A stretch of DNA of 63,240 nucleotides, counting the filler. It is 7 parts of 7 records of this genome, joined end to end, with 100 filler letters (N's around TTAATTAATTAA, not from the genome) between each part and the next. Parts side by side here need not be neighbours in the genome. Positions count along the whole stretch, not along the records: positions 1 to 13,507 come from SRR11831586_209; positions 13,608 to 24,206 come from SRR11831586_210; 5 more parts are not named here. The stretch is one strand, 5' to 3'. A program made the position numbers and the translations under genes. Position 1 is the stretch's first letter. Each line of letters starts with the position of its first letter. Of this stretch, positions 11,399 through 23,037 are shown piece after piece. Under the pieces are notes generated by a model. That model was not told the DNA's origin. It ran no database searches and saw only the letters and a list, made by a program, of their open reading frames with translations.

Positions 11399-12589
11399 AT
11401 GAGTGAATTTATTGCCGAAAACCGCGGCGCGGATGCCATCACCCGACCGAACTGGTCAGCCGTTTTCTCGGTGGCGTTTTGTGTCGCCTGTCTGATTATC
11501 GTTGAGTTTTTGCCCGTCAGTTTGTTGACGCCAATGGCCCAGGATTTAGGCATTTCGGAAGGGGTTGCCGGGCAATCGGTGACCGTGACCGCCTTTGTGG
11601 CAATGTTTGCCAGTTTGTTTATTACCCAGACAATTCAGGCTACTGACCGCCGCTACGTTGTTATTTTGTTTGCCGTTTTGCTGACGCTCTCCTGCTTGCT
11701 GGTTTCCTTTGCTAACTCATTCAGTTTGCTTTTAATCGGTCGTGCCTGTCTGGGGCTGGCGCTGGGCGGGTTCTGGGCGATGTCGGCGTCGCTGACCATG
11801 CGTCTGGTGCCGCCGCGTACGGTGCCGAAGGCGCTGTCGGTGATCTTCGGCGCGGTTTCTATTGCGCTGGTGATTGCCGCGCCGTTGGGCAGTTTTTTAG
11901 GCGAGCTTATCGGTTGGCGCAATGTCTTTAATGCGGCGGCGGTGATGGGCGTGCTGTGTATTTTCTGGATTATCAAATCATTGCCTTCACTGCCAGGCGA
12001 ACCCTCGCATCAGAAACAAAATACTTTCCGCTTATTACAACGTCCGGGTGTGATGGCAGGGATGATCGCCATCTTCATGTCTTTCGCCGGGCAGTTTGCT
12101 TTCTTCACGTATATTCGCCCGGTGTATATGAACCTGGCGGGATTCGGCGTGGATGGCTTAACGCTGGTGCTGTTGAGTTTTGGTATCGCCAGCTTTATTG
12201 GTACGTCGCTTTCGTCGTTCATTCTTAAACGTTCGGTAAAACTGGCCTTAGCAGGCGCGCCGTTAATACTGGCTGTGAGTGCGTTGGTACTGACGTTGTG
12301 GGGAAGCGATAAAATCGTTGCTACCGGCGTGGCGATTATCTGGGGGCTAACTTTTGCATTGGTTCCCGTCGGCTGGTCAACGTGGATCACCCGCTCGCTG
12401 GCCGATCAGGCAGAAAAAGCCGGGTCTATTCAGGTGGCGGTTATTCAGCTTGCTAATACCTGTGGCGCGGCAATCGGCGGTTATGCGCTGGATAATATTG
12501 GTCTGACTTCGCCGTTGATGTTGTCCGGCACATTGATGTTGCTGACTGCATTGTTGGTTACTGCAAAGGTGAAAATGAAGAAATCCTGA
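11399..12589 (+). CDS. nepI: Purine ribonucleoside efflux MFS transporter
   Basis: 396 aa DHA1 MFS from [10 protein letters not shown]. Confidence 0.92.
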   Translation: MSEFIAENRGADAITRPNWSAVFSVAFCVACLIIVEFLPVSLLTPMAQDLGISEGVAGQSVTVTAFVAMFASLFITQTIQATDRRYVVILFAVLLTLSCLLVSFANSFSLLLIGRACLGLALGGFWAMSASLTMRLVPPRTVPKALSVIFGAVSIALVIAAPLGSFLGELIGWRNVFNAAAVMGVLCIFWIIKSLPSLPGEPSHQKQNTFRLLQRPGVMAGMIAIFMSFAGQFAFFTYIRPVYMNLAGFGVDGLTLVLLSFGIASFIGTSLSSFILKRSVKLALAGAPLILAVSALVLTLWGSDKIVATGVAIIWGLTFALVPVGWSTWITRSLADQAEKAGSIQVAVIQLANTCGAAIGGYALDNIGLTSPLMLSGTLMLLTALLVTAKVKMKKS

Positions 12590-12629
12590 TATCAGGTAAA
12601 GAAGCGTTGGTCAGTAGTTGTTGCTGTTC

Positions 12630-12923
12630 TTACATATCCGGGCATTCTACCTTACCCAACGCTTCCCAATAATTGCTCTGATTATTACGTTCCATCGCCA
12701 CGATGGCCTCGCGTATATGTTGTTTATTGTTTTCATCTGACAACATTAACTTTTCCCACGCTTCATCTGATAATGACGCCTGTGGCGTGCAAATTTTACG
12801 TAAATCTTGTAATACCGTGGTTTTCTCTTTTGCGGACTGCAGTGAGCTAAAAGGCGACTCGGCGTATACGATGCCTGGCATAGCGAAAAAAGTGAAAATA
12901 AGCAGTAGTGTCGTTGGTTTCAT
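12630..12923 (-). CDS. yicS: Small putative secreted protein
   Basis: 97 aa; signal peptide ending VYA; two Cys; synteny. Confidence 0.85.
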   Translation of the reverse strand: MKPTTLLLIFTFFAMPGIVYAESPFSSLQSAKEKTTVLQDLRKICTPQASLSDEAWEKLMLSDENNKQHIREAIVAMERNNQSNYWEALGKVECPDM

Positions 12924-13144
12924 GGATTCAACCTTTTACAAATGTGTATCGAATGAAGCATAAGTGTAGTTTGCTTTCATCGCTCTCATCATGCTGTACG
13001 AAACGCGCTTGCGTGGTCAGTAAGAAGTGCCAGACTTTATATTCCACTTTTATTCCTTTTTATTCTTATCGATAGCGTTTCGTTTTTTAAACCGCAGCGA
13101 CCTTACCGCTATAGTCAGGTAATCATTAATAAAAGGATAAAAAA

Positions 13145-13507
13145 ATGAAACTGACAACACATCATCTACGGACAGGGGCCGCATTATTGCTGGCCGGAAT
13201 TCTGCTGGCAGGTTGCGACCAGAGTAGCAGCGATGCAAAACACATTAAAGTTGGCGTTATAAATGGCGCAGAACAAGATGTCGCGGAAGTCGCTAAAAAG
13301 GTGGCAAAAGAGAAATATGGCCTCGATGTTGAACTGGTAGGATTTAGCGGTTCGTTGCTACCGAACGATGCGACAAATCATGGCGAACTTGATGCGAATG
13401 TCTTCCAGCATCGACCCTTTCTTGAACAAGATAATCAGGCGCATGGTTATAAACTGGTAGCGGTGGGAAATACGTTTGTCTTCCCTATGGCGGGTTATTC
13501 CAAAAAA
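13145..13507 (+). CDS. nlpA: Lipoprotein-28 (MetQ paralogue), 3' truncated by gap
   Basis: LAGC lipobox; DANVFQHRPFL motif. Confidence 0.93.
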
Positions 13508-13607
13508 NNNNNNNNNNNNNNNNNNNNNNNNNNNNNNNNNNNNNNNNNNNNTTAATTAATTAANNNNNNNNNNNNNNNNNNNNNNNNNNNNNNNNNNNNN
13601 NNNNNNN
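13508..13607. other. Artificial scaffold spacer
   Basis: 44 N + TTAATTAATTAA (stops in all six frames) + 44 N. Confidence 0.99.
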
Positions 13608-14598
13608 TATCAAAGCTCGGATAGAACAACGCCCGCGCGGAATCCACCTGATCTAATGACGCCTGAACATACCAGCGCATGGCTTGCAGATCCGGGCGTC
13701 TGGCGAGCAACTCATAAGAGAGTGTCGCCGGAATGCCGGTCTGGACTTGCGGTAATGCCACCGGTCTGATCTCCGGCATATCGCTGGCTCCCGCGCCAAT
13801 CAATGCACGCAGAGATTCTCGCGTTTCGGTGATTTGCCCTTTGACGGCAACAATTTGTTTATCGACCGCCAGAATCTGTGCCCGCGCGCCGTGGAAAGGC
13901 ACTTGCGCTTCCAGACCGTGCGCCACTTTACTCTGGTGCGCTTTCACCGCGTAATCAATCACATCGTGAGTTTGTTCTAACAGATCGAGCATCTGATAGC
14001 TGGCCTGCATACTGTAATAAAGCTGCGCTACGCCCGTGGCCAGCGATAGCTCTACTGCTGCGGTTTCTGCCAGCGCGGCATTATGCGCGCCAATGGCGGC
14101 GGCAACCGCTGAGCGATGCACACCCCACAAATCAAGATCCAGTCCGGCAAACAAACCTACTGTGGCTTCCGTATAGTACGGCCCGTCCATACCCAGTGCT
14201 GGCGCATCCATTGAATAAGGGCTTAAAAAGCCGTTCGCCGAGACACGTTGGCGGTTGAGCATCCCTAACGCTGCGACCTGTAATTGTGAACCGGCATCTA
14301 ACAAATCGGCCTGGGACTGCGCTTTTTCTTCCCGCAGTTTCGCTTCGGCGAGGGTGTGTGAACCACTTAGCGTCCGTTGGATCAGCGCATCCAGCTGCGG
14401 GTCATTGAGTTGTTTCCACCACTGCGCCTGCGGCCAGCCGGAGCTGGCAAGATGAATATCGTCGGCCAGTTTGATTTGTTCCGGTTTGAGCTGTTGATGA
14501 GGTGCAGAATCCTTACGTACCAGGGCACAGCCGGAAATCAGCGTCGTGCTGCCGAGAATGCTGCACAACAGCAGACGTGAAAGTTGACGATTGATCAT
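13608..14598 (-). CDS. mdtP: Outer-membrane factor lipoprotein of MdtNOP, 3' truncated by gap
   Basis: ISGC lipobox; WWKQLNDPQLDALI and LLARRPDL OMF motifs. Confidence 0.93.
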
Positions 14599-16646
14599 TG
14601 CGTGGCTCCTTGTGCCTGTTCCGTGGCGGGCGTTAATGTCGGGGCTGTCCAGTCTGGCAAGCGGGCGAAAAGCTGGCAGACGTGTTGCTCCTGTTTTAAT
14701 AAGGTGGGCAGGATGGCCTGAGAGGCGGGTGTCTCTTCAAGCGTTATTTGAGGAGAACGGCTGAGTGCGGTTGCCAGACCGGCAGCGTATTTCTCCAGGG
14801 CGTCGGCAAACTGACCTGCTCTGTCCGGCTGTAGTGCGTTATCCAGCGCCTGCGCCGAGTTCCAGGTGGCATCCCAGGCGTGAAGAAGATCGCGGCCCTG
14901 ACGAATAACCGTTTGCGAACGTTCAATCAGTAATGCGCGTTCTTCGCTGTCCAGTTGACGCTCCAGCGCCACGCGTTGGCACATCTCTTCACAGGCATTA
15001 AACGCCGCATGCAGACCGATACGAATTTGCAGATAAGTGCGCAGAGCCGTGACTTCCTGCTGGCGTGGGATCCGCATTACTTTACTTAACATACCCAGCG
15101 TGCCAGCCAGTTTTTGCGGCAGTGTGCGCGCTTCACTTTCAGGCCAGACAAAGGTGTAAATCACCGCGGACACCACGGTACCAATGATGATACCCAGGGC
15201 GCGATCGCGAATTTCCACCAGGTCGTACACTGGGCCAAAAACGTTTTCGAGCGTGGCGAGCGCGAAGGTGACCACCATCTGTGTGCCGATATAAGAAGAG
15301 CGTTCAGAGCTGGTGGCAATCCATGCGCCCAACAGGAAAATCGGTGCCAGCACAAACAGCAATTCGACAATATTGTCCAGCCAGGGCATGACCAGTAGCG
15401 TGAATAACAGCGCCAGAATCGCGCCGCAAAAGGCCCCGCCAAAACGCAGCACCATCTTCTGGTACGACGAACCGACATTTGGGTTAGCGACGATCACGCA
15501 TGTCAGCATACAGGTGTGAATGCCTTCCCAGTCCACGCCGCTGTAAAAGGTGTAACAGATCAAACAGGCGAGCAGCGTTTTTACCGCGTAGCGCATATAG
15601 TCTGGATTGGTAAAAGCATCGGCGGCCATTGATGGCGGTTTGGCTGCGGGCGTTGGCGGCGTATTCGGGTCCATCTGACCCAGTTGTAACAACGTCTGGC
15701 AGATATTCTCCAGGTTACATTCCCGTGCCGCCATCGCTTCACTTTCACTGATCCGCCAGTCGCTTTGCCAGCACTGACCTTCAGCAACGGCATGCTGCAG
15801 CTTGTTGATTTCTGAAGCTAATTTTTGTCGGAATTCAATAATTGCCTGAGAATCAGCAAAAGAGGTGGGATCGTAGCGATTCAGCGTCGAGTAAATGTAG
15901 GTTACCGTTGCCACGCAGCTTTGCCACCATGCGTTTTGAGTTCGCCAGTTGGCATCGTCCGCGAGGCAAAAGACATTGAGTTTTTGTAGCGCCAGCGCCT
16001 CTCTTTCAATCCGCGTTTCGGGTAGCGGTGCGAGGCTGTCTGTCAGGTGACTAATGGCATCATCAAGCCGATCATTAAGCGCCTGATGCATTTGCGAAAT
16101 GGCACGACTGGGAAACCACAGCACGCCGATTAACGTCATCAGCAAGGTTGGATAGAGGCCAACAACGATACACCACAGCGTTAAGCGCACGACCACTTCC
16201 GGATAGTCGAGCATGGCGGGGAAGGTTTGCCCGTAAATAGCGACAATGGCGACGGCGAAAAAGACCAGCCCCAAGCGATGGGTGCGCATCAAAAACATGC
16301 AGCCCATCAGGATCGGTCCGGCGATGATCAATCGGATCAACGGTTCGCCGTATGACCATTTGTAGATCAAAAACAGGCTGCCGATCTCCAGCACCGTGGC
16401 AACCACAAACAAGATCGCGACAAATTTGGTGTAAAACGCGTTCGACTGAATACCGTAAAACAGCACTGCCAGCGATAACGCCACAAAAGGGATCTCAAAG
16501 GTCATCGAGATCAGAATCACCAGCAGGCAGCCTACCCAGAGTTGCACGGTCTGCGGCACGCGACCTGGTCGCCGCTCGCTTAACTCTTCATGAAAGAACG
16601 CCAGCAGCCTGACCACCGGTAATGGCAGGGAGTTGAGCGCGCTCAT
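14595..16646 (-). CDS. mdtO: FUSC/aromatic-acid-exporter family inner membrane subunit
   Basis: 683 aa with two hydrophobic blocks; overlaps mdtN and mdtP. Confidence 0.93.
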   Translation of the reverse strand: MSALNSLPLPVVRLLAFFHEELSERRPGRVPQTVQLWVGCLLVILISMTFEIPFVALSLAVLFYGIQSNAFYTKFVAILFVVATVLEIGSLFLIYKWSYGEPLIRLIIAGPILMGCMFLMRTHRLGLVFFAVAIVAIYGQTFPAMLDYPEVVVRLTLWCIVVGLYPTLLMTLIGVLWFPSRAISQMHQALNDRLDDAISHLTDSLAPLPETRIEREALALQKLNVFCLADDANWRTQNAWWQSCVATVTYIYSTLNRYDPTSFADSQAIIEFRQKLASEINKLQHAVAEGQCWQSDWRISESEAMAARECNLENICQTLLQLGQMDPNTPPTPAAKPPSMAADAFTNPDYMRYAVKTLLACLICYTFYSGVDWEGIHTCMLTCVIVANPNVGSSYQKMVLRFGGAFCGAILALLFTLLVMPWLDNIVELLFVLAPIFLLGAWIATSSERSSYIGTQMVVTFALATLENVFGPVYDLVEIRDRALGIIIGTVVSAVIYTFVWPESEARTLPQKLAGTLGMLSKVMRIPRQQEVTALRTYLQIRIGLHAAFNACEEMCQRVALERQLDSEERALLIERSQTVIRQGRDLLHAWDATWNSAQALDNALQPDRAGQFADALEKYAAGLATALSRSPQITLEETPASQAILPTLLKQEQHVCQLFARLPDWTAPTLTPATEQAQGATQ

Positions 16647-17677
16647 TATTGCGGCTCAAGATTAGCGACTGCCGAAGCGCCGATGCGGAACATTTCCGGG
16701 TCAGGTTTATCGACCATGATTTTGACCGGAAAACGCTGGGCAACGCGGACCCAGTTAATAGAACGAGACACTTTCGGCAGGCCGCCCAGCACCAGGCCGC
16801 CGTCATCCGGTAGCACGCCGTAGCCAATCGAATCCACTTTACCCTCGAAGGTTTTGCCGCTGTCACTCATCAGGCGAATCGTTGCGGGTGTACCTGAGCG
16901 AATATTTTTCAGATCGGTTTCGCGGAAGTTGGCGATCACATACCAGTGACGAGTGTCGATTAGGGTAAAAATAGGGCGCATGGCAGAAGCAAATTGCCCG
17001 ACGGAGGTTTTGAGGGAAATGACCCGGCCATCAAACGGCGCGCGAACGGTCGCCATTTCCAGATGCAGTTTGGTCAGGGCAATATCCGCTTCGACCGCCG
17101 CACGCTGGGCAACTAATGCATCCACGCCGCTGACGGCGCTGGCGGCTGACTGCGCCTGTAACAATACGGCATTAAGATCCGCTTCTGCGGCGCGCTGCGC
17201 CGTTCTTGCACGGTCAACATCTTCCGCTGAGACAAAACCTTCTTTCAGTAATGGCTCGGTGCGGCGTAATGTATCTGTGGCCTGTTTCGCGGCGGCACGG
17301 GCTTTTTCTACCGTGGCATTAATCGAGTCGGCACCAAACTGTTGCGCGTCAACGCTACGCTGGGTGAGCATAATTTGCTTATCCAGCGCCGCGAGGGAGG
17401 CTTCAGCTTTCGCCAGATTGGCTTCGTACGGGCGCGGGTCGATGCGGAACAGCAAATCGCCCTGTTTGACTGCCTGGTTGTCGGTGACCGCCAGTTCTAC
17501 AATGCGGCCGCTGACTTCCGGTACCACATCAATGGTATCTGCTGACGCGTAAGCGTCATTAGTTGATGGCGCACTGTCTACGCGCCAGATAACGAAAACA
17601 AGGGCAACCAGCGCCAACGCAACCACTAACAGAGCAGGGAATTTACTGCGAGGAGCTTTTTTCGGCGTACTTTCCAT
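16646..17677 (-). CDS. mdtN: Membrane fusion protein
   Basis: 343 aa; STNDAY, VRAPFDG, WVRVAQRFPV motifs. Confidence 0.95.
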   Translation of the reverse strand: MESTPKKAPRSKFPALLVVALALVALVFVIWRVDSAPSTNDAYASADTIDVVPEVSGRIVELAVTDNQAVKQGDLLFRIDPRPYEANLAKAEASLAALDKQIMLTQRSVDAQQFGADSINATVEKARAAAKQATDTLRRTEPLLKEGFVSAEDVDRARTAQRAAEADLNAVLLQAQSAASAVSGVDALVAQRAAVEADIALTKLHLEMATVRAPFDGRVISLKTSVGQFASAMRPIFTLIDTRHWYVIANFRETDLKNIRSGTPATIRLMSDSGKTFEGKVDSIGYGVLPDDGGLVLGGLPKVSRSINWVRVAQRFPVKIMVDKPDPEMFRIGASAVANLEPQ

Positions 17678-17695
17678 GAGCGCGTCTCAAATAGA

Positions 17696-17971
17696 TTAGA
17701 AAAATGCCAGCCAGAACAGCATGGCGTAGAGAGCAAAAAGGGCGGTATAAATAATTCCGACAAATGCCAGATTGATATTTGCCCGCTGAATAACTCGCCT
17801 CGTGATGAGCGTCAAAATAAGGCTGGCAATGGCGCAGAAAAACCAGCTGGGATAATAAGCGCCGATCACCGGGATTGCCGGAGATAATGAGCATCCCGAA
17901 ACCATGAAGACGGGAATTATCCAGGCTGTTTTTTTGAGTTGCATCGCCATGCGAGAGAGAACTGTTGGCAT
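17696..17971 (-). CDS. ytcA: Small putative membrane lipoprotein
   Basis: 91 aa from MPTVLSRM; VSGC lipobox-like motif; two TM segments; precedes mdtN. Confidence 0.8.
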   Translation of the reverse strand: MPTVLSRMAMQLKKTAWIIPVFMVSGCSLSPAIPVIGAYYPSWFFCAIASLILTLITRRVIQRANINLAFVGIIYTALFALYAMLFWLAFF

Positions 17972-18142
17972 ATTAAATACATCCTGTCTGCTGCGAACAA
18001 TATCTGTAGTGAATATCAATATCCATTGAAGGCGTCAGTATGGCTATTTTCTTGATGAATAAAAATAGCTTTATTCAGCCACCGCATTCATAACTTATAT
18101 ATTTTATTTATTAATTGGCTGTATATATTTTTAAAATAAATA

Positions 18143-18170
18143 CTTTTGGGGGCTTCAGCGCCCCCAAAAG
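18143..18170. terminator. Hairpin terminator downstream of yjcS
   Basis: CTTTTGGGGGC-ttcagc-GCCCCCAAAAG inverted repeat. Confidence 0.75.
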
Positions 18171-18179
18171 CGAGTGACA

Positions 18180-20165
18180 TTAATTTGGGGTTACGATATT
18201 CACCCACAAATCGAAATTATCCAGACAGGCGATAATTTCTTCCAGTTTCGCGCCATTGCCAATAATTTTGGCTTTCTTCGCTTTTACCAGATCCGCCATT
18301 TTGGCTTGTCCGGTCAGCACGGCGTGCAGATCTTCACGGCTGATGTAGAAAGAGGCGTCGGCTTGCGGTTGCAGCGTTTTCCGGTAGTTAAGCACGCTAT
18401 CGTTCAGCGTCAGGTTGAGGTTATCGCCGTTGCTCATATTGAAGTTCAGGCTGATATTTTTACCCGCAGCTTTCGCGCTATCGAGGCGAACGGCCATAAA
18501 GTCGAACAGCATTTCGACCGACATCCCGCGAATGGTGTCCGGGGAACCGGTGGTGCCGTGGCTGAACTTATGCACCCCTTCGCGCAGCTCTTTCGCGCCG
18601 GTCAGGTAGAAACCGCGCCATGTGGCGGACTCGGCCTGATAGCCCAGCTGTTCAAAGTTATTCGCTTGCAGATTCTTCGCGACCTGGTCACCCGGGTTGG
18701 CGGCAATCACCTGTTTCAGCAGTTCTGCCGACCAGCGGTAATCACCTTGCTTGTTCGCTTCTTGCGCCAGGTTGATGACACGGGCAGAACCGCCCAGCGC
18801 CTGCACGTAACGTTTACCCATCTCCACCTGACCATACGGATGCAGGTTAGCCGGGTTACCGTCGTAATAGCCAAGATAGAAGTTATACACCGCGCGGGCG
18901 TTGTGGCTGACAGAACCGTAATAGCCGCGGCTGGCCCAGTTATTGGCAAGTGCAGGCGGCAGCTTAATCATGTCGCCGATTTCATTCATGGTGTAGCCCT
19001 GGTTCGCCAGGTGCAGGGTCTGGTCGTGAATGTACTTGATGGTATCGCGGTATTTACCAATATAATCATTGATATGCTTATTGCCCCAGACCGGCCAGGT
19101 GTGCGGCATAAACAGCACTTCCGCGTCGTTACCCCACATATCCAGCGTTTCGTTCAGATACTCGGTCCACTTGCTGGTGTCGCGGGTTTTCGCGCCGCGC
19201 AGAGTGTAGAAGTTGTGCAGGGTATGCGTGGCGTTCTCGGCGGTACACAGGGCTTTCAGGGCCGGAATATAGAAGTGCATTTCGGCTGGCGCTTCGCTAC
19301 CTGGGGTCATCAGGAAGTCAAACTCCAGGCCGTCGATAATCATCTTCTCGCCAGTTCTGACGATAGTTTTCGTCGGTGCAATAATGCTCGGGTCGCCCGT
19401 TGCCAGCGTCACGCCAAGGCCATTACCCACATTGCCTTGCGCGTTGTGCGGCAGTAACAGACCGTAAGAGTAGAGCGCACGGCGGCTCATGATGTTACCC
19501 GCCAGCACGTTTTCGCTGATGGCTTCGTCCATAAAGCCTGCAGGGGCAATCACCTGAACTTTGCCGGATTTAACATCGGCTTCAGAGATAATGCCTTTCA
19601 CGCCACCATAGTGGTCGGTGTGGCTGTGAGTGTAGATAACGGCAACAATCGGTTTTTGCGGACGATGCTGGAAGTAAAGGTCAAGTGCGGCTTTTGCGGC
19701 AGGCGGCGTCACCAGCGGGTCGATAACAATAATGCCTTTCTCGCCCTCAACGAACGTAATGTTAGAGATATCCTGGCCGCGCACCTGATACATTTTATCG
19801 GTGACTTTGAACAGGCCAGAAATACCGTTGATTTGCGACTGACGCCACAGGCTGGGGTTTACGGTTTCCGGCGCTGCGGCATTAATATCAAATTTGTAAT
19901 CGTCCGCGCGGTAGTAAACTTTACCGTTCGCATCACGCAGAATACCTTCATCCAGCAGCGGGGCGATAAATCCACGCTGGGCATCGTCAAAATCCTGACG
20001 ATCGCTAAACGGTAATGATTTGGCGTAATTCTGATTAACCTGTTGGGTATATTGAGTGGCGGCTTTCGCTTCCTCTTTCGCGTTAGCGGTATTTACCATC
20101 ATGCCGCTGGCGGCAGTTAACGCAATAACAATCCTGCTCAAACGGAATAACCGAGAGTTATTCAT
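18180..20165 (-). CDS. yjcS: Secreted alkyl sulfatase (SdsA1-like metallo-beta-lactamase fold + SCP2-like domain)
   Basis: 661 aa; signal peptide; [10 protein letters not shown] metal motif. Confidence 0.93.
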
Positions 20166-20437
20166 ATAAATCTCCATTTATCATTTATGTCGTAAATATG
20201 TAATCCATGCAAAATACGTCATTTAAAGCTGGCGTTATCATAATTGGGAAATTGCGACTTTAATAAGTGGAAGTGTGAGCGGAACGCGCCATTTTATTAG
20301 GCATTTGTGCTGAAGAGGGAAAATTACAGTAAAACTATCATTGCAGAAAATAATATGAGTCGTTTTATGTGTTTATTATATATATTGTACCTGTCGTTGG
20401 CACAGCGGGACATTGCGCTACTGTGCCAACGTTTTAC

Positions 20438-22046
<1,609 letters not shown>

Positions 22047-22056
22047 GTTCAATTCC

Positions 22057-23037
22057 TTACTTACTGATAAGACGGTCAAGGGCGACAGCCGCGATAATTA
22101 ATCCGCCCATCACCACCAGTTGGTAATAGGTTTGTACCTGCAAAATATTCAGACCGTTGTTGATGGTGCCGATGATCAACCCGCCAATCACCACAGAGAA
22201 AATGCGCCCCTTGCCGCCGAAGAAACTGGTGCCGCCAATGATGGCGCTGGCAATGGCATAGGTTTCAAAACCCATACCGGCAAGCGGTTCTGCGGCACCG
22301 AGTCGTGCAGTTGAGACGACGCCTGCCAGACCTGCACAAACACCGGAGATGATAAACACCACCAGGATGTGGAATTTCACGTCAATCCCGGAATAGAACG
22401 CCGAATTTTTGTTGCCGCCCAGTGCGTAGATGTTGCGCCCGAGCCGCATACGCGTTGTCAGAAACCAAAGGATGAGCGCGACAATTAGTGAGAAGATAAC
22501 GGGGACAGGTATCCCAATTACGCTGGCGGCAAAGAAGTTCACGAAGTCAAATGAGAAGCCGTATACCGAGTTGGCATCGGAGATCACCAGCGTGATCCCA
22601 CGGAAAATCGCGTTGGTGCCAAGGGTGATGATGAACGGGTGTAGCCCCGTCCAGTTGACCAGGCAGCCGTTGATCGCCCCCAGTGCGCCGCCAACCAGTA
22701 CACCGCCAATCATCGCTGCGAGAAACGGGTCAACACCTGCCAACATCAGTTTGGCGGTCACCATACCGGAAAGCGCCAGAATCGCGCCAACCGAGAGGTC
22801 GATACCAGCGACCAGGATAGCGAAAAACTCGCCCATGCCGATCAATACCGTCACGGAGCTTTGAACAAAAATCTGGGTAATATTATTGGTGGTCAGAAAA
22901 TATTCTGGTGACAGCGAACCAAAGATGGCGACGATGATCGCCAGGATAAAAAAGGTGCCGTATTTATCCCAGAACAGCGCAAAGTTGAACGGTTTCTTCT
23001 CGCTCGCTTCGCTTTTTACTCTTGTGGTAAAGCCCAT
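22057..23037 (-). CDS. alsC: D-allose ABC transporter permease
   Basis: 326 aa RbsC-like; GIDLSVG motif. Confidence 0.95.
   Translation of the reverse strand: MGFTTRVKSEASEKKPFNFALFWDKYGTFFILAIIVAIFGSLSPEYFLTTNNITQIFVQSSVTVLIGMGEFFAILVAGIDLSVGAILALSGMVTAKLMLAGVDPFLAAMIGGVLVGGALGAINGCLVNWTGLHPFIITLGTNAIFRGITLVISDANSVYGFSFDFVNFFAASVIGIPVPVIFSLIVALILWFLTTRMRLGRNIYALGGNKNSAFYSGIDVKFHILVVFIISGVCAGLAGVVSTARLGAAEPLAGMGFETYAIASAIIGGTSFFGGKGRIFSVVIGGLIIGTINNGLNILQVQTYYQLVVMGGLIIAAVALDRLISK

Noticed and set aside
13552-13563. TTAATTAATTAA repeated six times across the window
   Set aside because: Always centred in 100-bp N spacers; a six-frame stop linker, not a biological repeat or att site.
18174-19457. 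427-aa ORF antisense to yjcS
   Set aside because: Shadow ORF caused by high GC3 in yjcS; non-protein-like sequence with no motifs.
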